From the sequence record NC_071039.1: a DNA stretch of 64,000 bases. The stretch is one strand, 5' to 3'. The notes below the pieces were generated by a model that was not told where the DNA came from, did no database searches, and saw only the letters and a list, made by a program, of their open reading frames with translations. Position 1 is the stretch's first letter; every line of letters begins with the position of its first letter. Made by a program: the position numbers and the translations under genes. Below, piece by piece: positions 46,482 through 55,909 of this stretch.

Positions 46482-47012
46482 ATGTCTAGCATATATAGTA
46501 AGTTAAAAGATATAATAATTATCGATGTGGAAGCTAGTGGATCGTATCCTATAGAGATTGGATTTATAACTAGTTCGGGCAAAATAGAATCTAATTTAAT
46601 AAGAAGACACCATTCTTGGTTATCTTGGGACTATAGAGCAGAAAGAAAAGTCCATAAAATTTCTAAGAATATGCTTAGCTCGCACGGAATAAGTGTCAGG
46701 AATGCTTGCACATGGTTAAATGAGTCGTTATGCGGAAAGACTGTATATTCTGATTGCGCACAAAATGATAATAAGTGGTTGCGTGCATTATTTTCTGCAG
46801 GAAACTGCGGGCAGAATTTTAGAGTATTAGATACTAACAATCTAATGCCGCAGTATCCGAAACGGTTTTATAATGAAAAATTTTTAGAATTTAAGAGAAA
46901 GAATTATAAATTAACTCAACAACACAGAGTAGATTCAGATGTTTTAGTAATTAAAGATTCTTTATTGGAACTAGCAGAATTGGAAGAGTTTATTAATGAG
47001 CAGTTTAACTGA
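46482..47012 (+). CDS. DEDD-family 3'-5' exonuclease-like protein
   Basis: IIDVEASG...PIEIG...HKIS...SD...D..W...HRVDSD. Confidence 0.7.
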   Translation: MSSIYSKLKDIIIIDVEASGSYPIEIGFITSSGKIESNLIRRHHSWLSWDYRAERKVHKISKNMLSSHGISVRNACTWLNESLCGKTVYSDCAQNDNKWLRALFSAGNCGQNFRVLDTNNLMPQYPKRFYNEKFLEFKRKNYKLTQQHRVDSDVLVIKDSLLELAELEEFINEQFN

Positions 47013-47175
47013 TATAAAAGAATTGATAGAAAAGAAGAGCATTAATATAACCATACTAGAATTTTCTGGCTGGTACTTAAAGACTAATATTGGTATTTTT
47101 ACATTAATAGGAGACCAGTATTATAAAGATGGAACACCTATTTCTAAAAAAGAAATTGAGGAACTTCTAAAATGA
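46996..47175 (+). CDS. Small hypothetical protein (59 aa; below cutoff)
   Basis: MSSLTDIKELIEKKSINITILEFSGWYLKTNIGIFTLIGDQYYKDGTPISKKEIEELLK; fills gap, ATGA-coupled to next gene. Confidence 0.6.
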   Translation: MSSLTDIKELIEKKSINITILEFSGWYLKTNIGIFTLIGDQYYKDGTPISKKEIEELLK

Positions 47176-47459
47176 AACGAGTTGCATTATTGATACCATT
47201 GTGTGTTTTATATGGTTGCAGTTCTAATCCATACGAAAACAATATAGTCAATAATGCAACTCGTTATGTAACAGTAGAAACACCAGAAACAATAAGCAGA
47301 AACATTGCAAACCGATATGTATTAAATACCGATGAATTTCCTGCAAAACCCCACGACACATATAAAATGTATGGCGAACAAATTAAATCTACCTTTAGGG
47401 GAAATGCAAGAAGATTAATAGAATCTACTATTATTTCTATATTTAGAAATAATAGATAA
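47172..47459 (+). CDS. Putative lipoprotein
   Basis: MKRVALLIPLCVLYG-C lipobox. Confidence 0.7.
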   Translation: MKRVALLIPLCVLYGCSSNPYENNIVNNATRYVTVETPETISRNIANRYVLNTDEFPAKPHDTYKMYGEQIKSTFRGNARRLIESTIISIFRNNR

Positions 47460-47461
47460 TA

Positions 47462-47893
47462 TTATTTCTTTCTTTTCTTAGATGCTACAGGTTTTATTTC
47501 GTCTGCTGCATGTTCTGTTTTAGATTCGTTATTAATAACTGTAGTTTCATTAGAAACAATTGCTTTATTTGTCGGTTTCTCTTCTATTTTAGAAAAATCT
47601 TTACATGCATCCCATTCGAACTCTTTAAAATGTGCAGGACCATCGTATACAACTACTCTTACTTCTTCGATTTTTAAAGTAGGATATATTACACCATCTA
47701 TTTCTACTAAGCCGCAAATTTCAAACTCCTTTAAGAGCGAAGGATCGGTTTGATTAGTTAACACACATCTTCCGGTGCATTTACCTACCTCTACATTAAA
47801 TTTTCTATTGCTTATTTGGGATAATATTGTTGCTTTTCCTGCGGGTTCATAAGGAACTTTGGCAAAAAATTTTACTTTATTAAGAAATATCAT
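47462..47893 (-). CDS. Hypothetical protein
   Basis: RBS AGGAG; 143 aa with basic tail. Confidence 0.65.
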   Translation of the reverse strand: MIFLNKVKFFAKVPYEPAGKATILSQISNRKFNVEVGKCTGRCVLTNQTDPSLLKEFEICGLVEIDGVIYPTLKIEEVRVVVYDGPAHFKEFEWDACKDFSKIEEKPTNKAIVSNETTVINNESKTEHAADEIKPVASKKRKK

Positions 47894-47935
47894 AATCTTC
47901 TCCTAAGTTTATTTAATATTTATCTGCCAATACAT

Positions 47936-47964
47936 TTGACGAAACACATTGAATATTTTAAAAT
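47936..47964 (+). promoter_or_regulatory. sigma70-type promoter for rIIA-rIIB
   Basis: TTGACG-17 nt-TAAAAT. Confidence 0.65.
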
Positions 47965-48004
47965 ATTGCAAATAAACACGTATAATTCAGTTTAGGAGTG
48001 TAGC

Positions 48005-50188
48005 GTGAAATTAGAATCGGATAATTCTGTAACAATAGAATCTACAAATATGGTAGGTGGAAAATCTTTCACTATTAAAAATAGTCCGAAAGCCTTTTCT
48101 ATTCTATCTAACGGATTATATAAAGATAAAATTCGTGCAATTGTAAGAGAAATTGGGTGTAATGCACGAGATAGTCATGTTGCAGCAAATAAATGTGATG
48201 TTCCTTTTGAATATCATGTTCCTACTGATTTAGAGCCGTTTTTTAGCATAAAAGACTTCGGTGTAGGTTTAGATTACAACGAAGTAATGAATATTTATAC
48301 TACTTATTTTGATTCTACAAAAACCCAATCAAATGATTTTATTGGTGCTTTTGGGCTCGGATCAAAGTCACCGTTTTCCTATGTAGATAATTTTTCTATA
48401 ATTTCTACAAAAGATGGAATAACAAGAACTTTCGCTGCATTTATAAGTGAATCTGGTGTTCCGGATATGCTTATGCTAAGCGAAATAAAAACAAATGAGC
48501 CTAACGGAGTCGAAGTAAAGATTCCTGTGTCAAATCGGGCTGATTACAAAATTTTTGATAAAAACTGTGTAGATGTATATTCGTGGATGAATGTGTTGCC
48601 AGTAGAAGTAAATGGCCACCATGTATTAAAAACCCCAGAAGTTTTTCTATCTGTGACAAACAGAGCTACAATATATAAAGGCACTAATGAATCACATAAA
48701 CTATACGCAAGACAGGGCGGAGTATTATATCCAATTGATATAGAATCTATATCCGAAGAATATCTTGATGATAGCTATGTCCGTAAATTAGATAATAGAA
48801 ACTTTTATTCATATTTTGTTGTAATAGATTTTAGTATAGGAGAATTAGATGTATCTGCATCTAGAGAAGAATTATCTTATATTCCGTTAACTCAGAAAAA
48901 TTTATCTACTGCATTAATTGATTTCGTATGTTCCTTTACTAAAGCTATCACAGATGATATAAATTCTAATATAGACGCAGTAACGAAAACAAAAGTGTTA
49001 TATGAATATAAACAGAAATCATTTAATATATTTGTTCCTGATATAAAAACATTAACCAATATCATATATGCCAATATTTCGGATTCTGTAGAGATAGGTC
49101 AAGTATATATACCGATATCTGAAGTAAAAGCATTGTTTACCAATGTTAACTATTATACACTGGATTATGGTATTTTTAGGAAGGCAAGATTTTTAGTTAC
49201 ATACTATAAACATCTAAGTACAGGTGAAATAAAAAGATATAGAAATTATACTTCCAGTGCCTCATACGAAGATATAACATATATTTCTGATAATATAGCA
49301 ATTGACGATAGTAATACTGTAAAATATTTTATAATAGATGATAATACATCGACAAGAGCAATAAGAGACTATATATCGAATATTTACAGAGCACGGTGTA
49401 AAGTTATAATTTGTAAAAATAAAAATGGAAAAATAAAAAGAAACGATATATATAATTTCGCAAGAAAATATTATATTTCTAAATCGCAAATTATATTTTC
49501 GTCTGATCTAAATATTCCTGTTATTCCTAAGCAAAATAACAGAATCAAAAAAGAAGATGAAGAATGTATTTTGTTATGCAGAAGTTTTAATATATGGAAA
49601 GAATCGATAGTAAAACTGTCTGATATAAAGGATGATTGCTATTATGTAGAATTTTCTGGATGGAATATGACTACTGATTTGTCTGATTCGGATATTACTG
49701 CACTTACATTATATCATTCTAAACCGATATACGGGGTAAGAAAGATAACCTTAGAACAAGTCAAGAAAAATAAACATTTTATTCCTATTACTGATCATGT
49801 AATAGATGAAATGTATAATAATGTTAAGGATGTTATAAAACAGTGTAGACCAGATTCTACTTATTCTGATGTAGACAAATTGCTTTATTATATAAATTCT
49901 GCAAACTTAAAGGACTCATTAACAAATACTGAAATAAAAGAATATGAAAAATACAAAAATACTTATAAACCGATTAGTGAGTCGTCGATTAAAAATATCA
50001 TACGACATTTAGATACAGAAAAACTAGATAATCAATTAAAAATAATACATAAACGCGCCAGCCGGTACGAAAATATTCTATCTAAGTATCCGCTTATTGA
50101 ACACGTCAATTTAAGTAAAGTAGGTATAATACACGTAGTGAATTATATGAATATGATAGATAACAACGGAGAATCTAAAAATGACTAA
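48005..50188 (+). CDS. rIIA: rIIA-like protein
   Basis: N-terminal GHKL ATPase: AIVREIGCNARDSH, IKDFGVGL, STKTQSNDFIGAFGLGSKSPFSY; followed by rIIB. Confidence 0.88.
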   Translation: MKLESDNSVTIESTNMVGGKSFTIKNSPKAFSILSNGLYKDKIRAIVREIGCNARDSHVAANKCDVPFEYHVPTDLEPFFSIKDFGVGLDYNEVMNIYTTYFDSTKTQSNDFIGAFGLGSKSPFSYVDNFSIISTKDGITRTFAAFISESGVPDMLMLSEIKTNEPNGVEVKIPVSNRADYKIFDKNCVDVYSWMNVLPVEVNGHHVLKTPEVFLSVTNRATIYKGTNESHKLYARQGGVLYPIDIESISEEYLDDSYVRKLDNRNFYSYFVVIDFSIGELDVSASREELSYIPLTQKNLSTALIDFVCSFTKAITDDINSNIDAVTKTKVLYEYKQKSFNIFVPDIKTLTNIIYANISDSVEIGQVYIPISEVKALFTNVNYYTLDYGIFRKARFLVTYYKHLSTGEIKRYRNYTSSASYEDITYISDNIAIDDSNTVKYFIIDDNTSTRAIRDYISNIYRARCKVIICKNKNGKIKRNDIYNFARKYYISKSQIIFSSDLNIPVIPKQNNRIKKEDEECILLCRSFNIWKESIVKLSDIKDDCYYVEFSGWNMTTDLSDSDITALTLYHSKPIYGVRKITLEQVKKNKHFIPITDHVIDEMYNNVKDVIKQCRPDSTYSDVDKLLYYINSANLKDSLTNTEIKEYEKYKNTYKPISESSIKNIIRHLDTEKLDNQLKIIHKRASRYENILSKYPLIEHVNLSKVGIIHVVNYMNMIDNNGESKND

Positions 50189-50924
50189 TGCAATTCCATA
50201 TATTATTAGAAAAGATAGTGTAACGGTGGTATTAACTGATACTCCGTATATCATAAGGGAATCTGATAAAAAATATAAAAAAGCAATTAAATATATAAAA
50301 GCCGAACAGTGGGATGAATTAAAGAAGTTAATTGATGTTAAAAATCATATTTCTGAATTCCTGAATGGTAAAATTAAAGTAGTCCGGGGTCGGTTTGAGT
50401 ATAATGGTCAGGTAATTCATAATTCCTTAACTAAACGGATTATGCAAATGCATTCTGACGGTTTTCCAGTAGACCCGATGATTAATTTCCTTGTAAATTT
50501 AATGGAAAATCCTAGTTTTACTGCGGTTAATGGTTTGTATGATTTCTTAGAAACAAATAATCTTCCTATTACTACTGACGGATTCTTTTTAGCATACAAA
50601 CGAATTCGTGAAGATTATACTGATGTAAGAACTGGCACAATAGATAACAGCGTAGGTAAAGTTGTTTCTATGCCAAGAAATGAAGTACAAGATAACAGCA
50701 ATATTACTTGCGCTCCTGGATTGCATGTATGTTCGCGCGAATATCTACAACATTTTAGTGGTGAAAAGGTAATATTAGTAAAAGTAAATCCTAAAGATGT
50801 GGTGTCTGTTCCTAAGGATTATAATTTTTCTAAAATGCGTACTTGTAAATACGAAGTAATATCCGAGCTGTCGTTAGAAGATGCGTTTGAAGATATTGCA
50901 TCTAACAAGCCAGTTCACAGTTAA
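50181..50924 (+). CDS. rIIB: rIIB-like protein
   Basis: LYDFLETNNLPITTDGFFLAYKRI, MPRNEVQDNSNITCAPGLHVCSREYL. Confidence 0.9.
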   Translation: MTNAIPYIIRKDSVTVVLTDTPYIIRESDKKYKKAIKYIKAEQWDELKKLIDVKNHISEFLNGKIKVVRGRFEYNGQVIHNSLTKRIMQMHSDGFPVDPMINFLVNLMENPSFTAVNGLYDFLETNNLPITTDGFFLAYKRIREDYTDVRTGTIDNSVGKVVSMPRNEVQDNSNITCAPGLHVCSREYLQHFSGEKVILVKVNPKDVVSVPKDYNFSKMRTCKYEVISELSLEDAFEDIASNKPVHS

Positions 50925-50937
50925 TAAAACTGTACAT

Positions 50938-50969
50938 AAAAAGGGATGCATTGCATCCCTTTTTATTTT
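50938..50969 (+). terminator. Intrinsic terminator
   Basis: AAAAGGGATGCA-T-TGCATCCCTTTT. Confidence 0.7.
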
Positions 50970-51007
50970 ATTATAAAATATGTTACTATCCTTTAATGGT
51001 ATAAAAT

Positions 51008-53029
51008 ATGAAAAATTATTTGTTAACTGTACCTGTCAATTCTAATGTAGATTATACTAAACTAGATATACACGATTTTGTTCCTGCAATAAAAGAATTA
51101 ACAACTAGATTATTTTATAACACAGGTGTAACACTTCAAAAAGAAACTATTTTGTTTAATGATTTGGTAGTATCCGAAGATGCTAGTCGATTAGCATTTA
51201 TTAATAGCATTTTGCATAATCTATTGAATACTTGCTCTACTACTGAGTTAGAAAATATTGCAGATGAGTGTGATACTATTTGCACAGAATACTATAATAA
51301 TTCTAGAATCGCATATTCTGAAAGAGAATACAATGCATATAAAAATATAAAAAATAATGAATCGTATTTTTCAAGTCTAAAATATTATGAACAAAAATAT
51401 GTAATTGATGCTATAGAATATTACGAAGAAGAATCTGATATTAATTTCTCGCATGATACAAAAATATACCTATCATCTTTATATTCGAAACTTAATAAAG
51501 CACAGCAGAATTTTTCTAATAATATAATAAAACATACTGCAAAAAACAGGTATTATTTTGAACACGATTTCCAAGTTGAAGGTATACCAGATAACATAAA
51601 AGATATAATGCGGGAGAATGCAAGGGCAGACGGTCATGAATCCGGATATGTAGCTACAACTGAACACTACATCTACACAGCTATAATGCAATATTGTTCG
51701 TACGAGTATACTAGAAAAACAATGTTAGAAGCTTTTTATGTAGCTAGTAACGGCGAATATAGCAATACAACTAATATAACAGATATTGTATCTATTAAAT
51801 CTGAAATAGCAAAATTGTTTGGGTTTAGTACGTTTGCAGAAAAATCATTAAAGCATAAAATGGCAAAAACACCCGATAATGTATTTTCTGTATTAAATAA
51901 ATTGAAAGACTTAGTAGTAGATAAAGCATTAGAAGAAGAAAAAGAACTTTTAACTTTCGCTAAATCTAAAGGATACCAACGACCTTCTGTCCGCGCCGCT
52001 GACAGAAATTATTATTCTACTATGAGATTAAAAGAAGAATATAATTTAGACAAAAAGGTTATAGAAGAGTATTATACATATGCCGGTGTTCTTCCTTGTA
52101 TATATGGTGTTATAAAAAAACTTTTTGATGTTACATTTGTAGAAGACCCCGATGCATCTGTGTGGCATGAAGATGTTAAATGCTATAAGGTATTCGAAGA
52201 TAGCAAGCATATTGCATATATTTTTATAGATCCGTTTTCTAGGAACGGAAAACAATCCGGGGCATGGATGAATGGTATTATTAAAAGGGATTTTGCTTAT
52301 AATACCACTCTACCGGTTGCAGTAATAGTGACTAATCTGTCAAAAACATCTATTACGTTAGATGATGTACGTACACTCTTGCATGAATTTGGTCATGCAT
52401 TACACCATGTACTTACTAAAGTAGAATTTCCTAATTATAATGGAATTTCTGTAGAATGGGATGCAGTAGAATTGCCGAGCCAATTATTGGAAAATTGGAT
52501 TAATGATAAAGAGCTTTTAATTGAAATGTCGTCTCATTATTCTACAAAAGAAAAAATTCCAGAATATATAATTGATAACTGGTTGGCTATAGATAATTAT
52601 ATGGCTGCGTCTTCGTTAAGAACACAGTTATTATATTCATTAGTAGATATGAAAATTTTTAATAGCAATGCAAAGACAGATAAAGATTGTATAGAAATTT
52701 TTAATGAAGTAGCAAAAGATTTAAAATTAAACACAGAAGATAATCCGTTTATGCATTTGTTTTTATATTCGTTTTCTCATATATTTTCCGGAGGATATAC
52801 AGCAGGTTATTATAGCTATTTGTGGGCAGAAATTATGTCAAGTGATGTTTATTTAGAATTTAAAAATAAAGGAATGTATAATATAGAATTTGCTAATAAA
52901 ATTAAAAAAGATATTCTATATGCAGGTTCTATTAATGACTTTGATGTAATGTATAGAACATTAATGGGTAGAGATCCTGACCCAGAATCTCTGCTAATAG
53001 TTAGGGGATTGCAGAATAGCAAAAAATAA
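51008..53029 (+). CDS. prlC: M3-family zinc oligopeptidase (oligopeptidase A-like)
   Basis: KQSGAWM, TLLHEFGHALHH (HEXXH), WDAVELPSQLLENW, HIFSGGYTAGYYSYLWAE. Confidence 0.92.
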   Translation: MKNYLLTVPVNSNVDYTKLDIHDFVPAIKELTTRLFYNTGVTLQKETILFNDLVVSEDASRLAFINSILHNLLNTCSTTELENIADECDTICTEYYNNSRIAYSEREYNAYKNIKNNESYFSSLKYYEQKYVIDAIEYYEEESDINFSHDTKIYLSSLYSKLNKAQQNFSNNIIKHTAKNRYYFEHDFQVEGIPDNIKDIMRENARADGHESGYVATTEHYIYTAIMQYCSYEYTRKTMLEAFYVASNGEYSNTTNITDIVSIKSEIAKLFGFSTFAEKSLKHKMAKTPDNVFSVLNKLKDLVVDKALEEEKELLTFAKSKGYQRPSVRAADRNYYSTMRLKEEYNLDKKVIEEYYTYAGVLPCIYGVIKKLFDVTFVEDPDASVWHEDVKCYKVFEDSKHIAYIFIDPFSRNGKQSGAWMNGIIKRDFAYNTTLPVAVIVTNLSKTSITLDDVRTLLHEFGHALHHVLTKVEFPNYNGISVEWDAVELPSQLLENWINDKELLIEMSSHYSTKEKIPEYIIDNWLAIDNYMAASSLRTQLLYSLVDMKIFNSNAKTDKDCIEIFNEVAKDLKLNTEDNPFMHLFLYSFSHIFSGGYTAGYYSYLWAEIMSSDVYLEFKNKGMYNIEFANKIKKDILYAGSINDFDVMYRTLMGRDPDPESLLIVRGLQNSKK

Positions 53030-53120
53030 TAAATTTTGCTGCATATATAAAAAGCTATGTAACGCTGTGCTATTTGGCTTTTGTTGCATTTTATAGCACA
53101 AAAACCCCATAAAAATAGCC

Positions 53121-53149
53121 TAGACAAGCAACTGTAAACACTGTATAAT
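53121..53149 (+). promoter_or_regulatory. sigma70-type promoter
   Basis: TAGACA-17 nt-TATAAT with TG extension. Confidence 0.7.
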
Positions 53150-53176
53150 TGCTTTATTATAGTAAGGGATAAAATA

Positions 53177-53473
53177 ATGAACATTCATTTATCTTTTAAG
53201 GAACAACTTTCTAAGCTAATTGATGAAAACATAAATAAATACCCCGATGCTATAGATTGGATAGTATCTCAAATGGCTTTAATAGATATTGAATCTAAAA
53301 AGACAAAAGCAGAATCTATTATGGAAGCTCTTATAGGTGATACTGAATTTTTTAATAACCCTATAGAACAGGGTGGAAGTAATAAAGATTTTATAGTGTG
53401 GTATGTAACTAAATATAATTGTACTACTAAATACGCTATAGAACGGTTACTTCATTATTGTAAACAGAATTAG
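53177..53473 (+). CDS. Hypothetical protein
   Basis: RBS AAGGGA; own promoter. Confidence 0.65.
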   Translation: MNIHLSFKEQLSKLIDENINKYPDAIDWIVSQMALIDIESKKTKAESIMEALIGDTEFFNNPIEQGGSNKDFIVWYVTKYNCTTKYAIERLLHYCKQN

Positions 53474-53560
53474 CCCTTAGGACCGCCAAATGTTTTGGCT
53501 TAAGGCGCACCGGTGCTGTATCGGAGCTTAGTGATTCGCTACCACAAAAGCATAAGCAGC

Positions 53561-53588
53561 TAGGAGACTTAAAACGTCTCCTATTTTT
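53561..53588 (+). terminator. Intrinsic terminator
   Basis: TAGGAGAC-TTAAAAC-GTCTCCTA-TTTTT. Confidence 0.8.
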
Positions 53589-53600
53589 ATATATACAGGA

Positions 53601-53801
53601 GTGAAGTATATGAATAGCGATTATGCCTCTATGTTTATAGTAATATTTGCTATATTGGTTGTGTTTATTTGTAAACCGACAACATTTAATGAGCCTAAAA
53701 ACACTATCGATACAAACAAAAGCAATGTAGCGAACGACAGTATTCCACTTACAGGAAACATTTCTAGAACACCGGGTATAGGTACAGGTATAGGATTATG
53801 A
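53601..53801 (+). CDS. Small membrane-anchored protein
   Basis: RBS AGGAG, N-terminal TM helix. Confidence 0.6.
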   Translation: MKYMNSDYASMFIVIFAILVVFICKPTTFNEPKNTIDTNKSNVANDSIPLTGNISRTPGIGTGIGL

Positions 53802-53950
53802 AAAAGAAAAACCCAATCGAGCGCAATCCAGTTGCACATCATGTAAACACATTTAACAAACCTAAAGTAGAAAAAGACAAGACAAAATACTCTAGGAAAC
53901 AAAAACACAGGACTAGGAATAGTCCTGATTTTTTATGTATAATATATTGA
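53798..53950 (+). CDS. Small basic ArfA-like protein (50 aa; below cutoff)
   Basis: MKKKNPIERNPVAHHVNTFNKPKVEKDKTKYSRKQKHRTRNSPDFLCIIY; AGGA RBS; ATGA overlap with upstream gene. Confidence 0.65.
   Translation: MKKKNPIERNPVAHHVNTFNKPKVEKDKTKYSRKQKHRTRNSPDFLCIIY
53908..53934 (+). terminator. Intrinsic terminator inside the ArfA-like ORF
   Basis: CAGGACTA-GGAA-TAGTCCTG-A-TTTTTT, upstream of in-frame TGA at 53948. Confidence 0.8.
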
Positions 53951-53956
53951 CAGATA

Positions 53957-55117
53957 TTGTATTTGGAATATACAATATGCATAACAAGGAGTGTTATTGT
54001 GGCAAAAACGAAACATATTTTTAAAGTTCCAGATTATTCTCTTTTAAAATTAGATTCTAAGACATATACTAAGGATTATAGGAATGCAATTTGGTATTTG
54101 CATTATGAAGCATCTGCTGCTACTCTTAAATCTGCAACACTAAAATGGATTAAAAATAATACATCTTATGATGTAAAAGATTTATCTTCGTTGAGTGATT
54201 CTGATTTTTCTATTATCGGAAAATATTGTACTATACTAAATGCCGGCGGACAACTTCCTAGTCATGCTAATTTCGTCGAATCACACATAGACAAGATATT
54301 TCAATCTATCAAAAAAGAAGAAATTACAGAAATTGTCGAAGAACCAGAACCTAAAATAGAGCATGATAGTTGCAAAGTTAAAAAAATAAGTATACAGGAT
54401 AGAATTAAGAGCCAGGCATATAAAGCTTGCGGAGAAATTGAAGGATTAATAGATCAATTTTATAGTAATCCTAGTGAGTTTGTAGTATCCCAGCAAGAAA
54501 TAGAATCCTTATTTAAAAAATCAGAAATAAAATCCCATCATGTAAAATATATTACCGAAATATATAGCACTAATAAAAAAGAATTAGAGGAGCTTTCGGC
54601 AGGAAAATCCGAACAGTTAAACGAAGGTTATAATTTTTTAACTAAACGGGATATAAACAAAGCCATAAAGCTATTTAATTTAATTATAGAAACTGCGTCT
54701 AGTAGTAAAATAGTTACTGTTAAGAAACGAGCTAAAAAACAAAAGCCATTGGATATTTCTAAATTAGTTAAATCATTTAAATATTTAGAAAAAAGCACAG
54801 ATCTTAACTTAGAAAGTATTAATCCTGTCCATATTGTTGGTGCAAAAGAAGTATGGGTGTTTAATACAAAAAGTAGAAAGTTAGGAAAATATATTGCTTT
54901 AGACACTACAGGTCTATCAATAAAAGGAACTACTATAACTAATTTTTCAGAAAAAAGCATAGAAAAAACTATTCGTAAACCGGAAGAATATTTTAAAAAT
55001 ATTAAGAAAATTTCTAAAAAGGCAAAAGAAAAATTATTTGTAGATACTAAATCTGTCGAAACTAAACTAAAAGGAAGAACAAACGAGCATTGTATCATTC
55101 TTGAGGTTATAAAATAA
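53957..55117 (+). CDS. Hypothetical protein (true start probably GTG ~53999 after AAGGAG)
   Basis: 386-aa ORF; TTGACA-18-TACAAT promoter at 53947-53976. Confidence 0.75.
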   Translation: MYLEYTICITRSVIVAKTKHIFKVPDYSLLKLDSKTYTKDYRNAIWYLHYEASAATLKSATLKWIKNNTSYDVKDLSSLSDSDFSIIGKYCTILNAGGQLPSHANFVESHIDKIFQSIKKEEITEIVEEPEPKIEHDSCKVKKISIQDRIKSQAYKACGEIEGLIDQFYSNPSEFVVSQQEIESLFKKSEIKSHHVKYITEIYSTNKKELEELSAGKSEQLNEGYNFLTKRDINKAIKLFNLIIETASSSKIVTVKKRAKKQKPLDISKLVKSFKYLEKSTDLNLESINPVHIVGAKEVWVFNTKSRKLGKYIALDTTGLSIKGTTITNFSEKSIEKTIRKPEEYFKNIKKISKKAKEKLFVDTKSVETKLKGRTNEHCIILEVIK

Positions 55118-55152
55118 ATAGTGTTATCTATATACAGAGGCACTTTATAAAA

Positions 55153-55905
55153 ATGGCTACAAGTACAGCAAGAACAGAAATAAAGAAACAAATAATGCGA
55201 AGACTGGGAAATAGTATGACTGATGTAGAACTAGACCCAGAAGATTTAGATTTAGCAATAGATTTTGCAATAGATAGATACCGCCAGCGCGCCGAAAATG
55301 CTTGCATGGAAAGTATGCTGTTTATAACTCTGCAAAGAGATGAAACTGAATACACTCTACCTACTGAAGTTCAAGAAGTAAGACGACTATATCGTAGATC
55401 TGTTGGATCAGGAACATCTGGCGGTACTAACTTTGATCCGTTTGAATCTGCATTTTCGAATATATTCTTTTTACAAGCAGGGCGAACCGGCGGTCTAGCA
55501 ACATGGCATCTATTTTCCGAATACCAAGAAACTTTAGGAAGAATATTTGGATCTGAAATAAACTTTACATGGAACTATGCAGATAGAAAACTCACTATCA
55601 TGCGAAAATTCCAAGGTGCCGAAACAGTATTAGTAGTTGTGTGGGTAGCAAAATCTGAAGATGTGCTTTTGACTGATGTATATAGTAGACCGTGGTTAAG
55701 AGATTATGCTATTGCCCAGTCTAAATATATGTTGGGTGAAGCACGTAGTAAATTTACTAATGGCTTACCAGGACCGAACGGTAGTGTTACTTTAAACGGC
55801 GATCAGTTAAAACAAGAAGCATTTGCTGAAATGGAACGTTTAGAAAACGAAATTATAAATTATACAACCGGAACATCGTTTGGTATGCCATTCATTATTG
55901 GATAA
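55153..55905 (+). CDS. gp13: Neck protein gp13-like
   Basis: IMRRLG....VELDPEDL...WLRDYAIAQSKYMLGEARSKF..LPGPNGSVTLNG; AATAAATA late motif at 55113. Confidence 0.85.
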   Translation: MATSTARTEIKKQIMRRLGNSMTDVELDPEDLDLAIDFAIDRYRQRAENACMESMLFITLQRDETEYTLPTEVQEVRRLYRRSVGSGTSGGTNFDPFESAFSNIFFLQAGRTGGLATWHLFSEYQETLGRIFGSEINFTWNYADRKLTIMRKFQGAETVLVVVWVAKSEDVLLTDVYSRPWLRDYAIAQSKYMLGEARSKFTNGLPGPNGSVTLNGDQLKQEAFAEMERLENEIINYTTGTSFGMPFIIG

Positions 55906-55909
55906 ATGG

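Noticed and set aside
53050-53115. TGTGCTAT/ATAGCACA inverted repeat after prlC
   Set aside because: Single hairpin in AT-rich intergenic DNA; likely a terminator or operator, too little support for more
53471-53545. tRNA gene (segment ends ...GCTACCA)
   Set aside because: No TTCG T-loop, no 7-bp acceptor stem; kept only as an unknown structured element
54628-55191. 187-aa antisense ORF, and the many other 60-130-aa ORFs nested in or antisense to larger genes
   Set aside because: Fully overlap well-supported genes; F/L/S/I-rich composition typical of shadow frames
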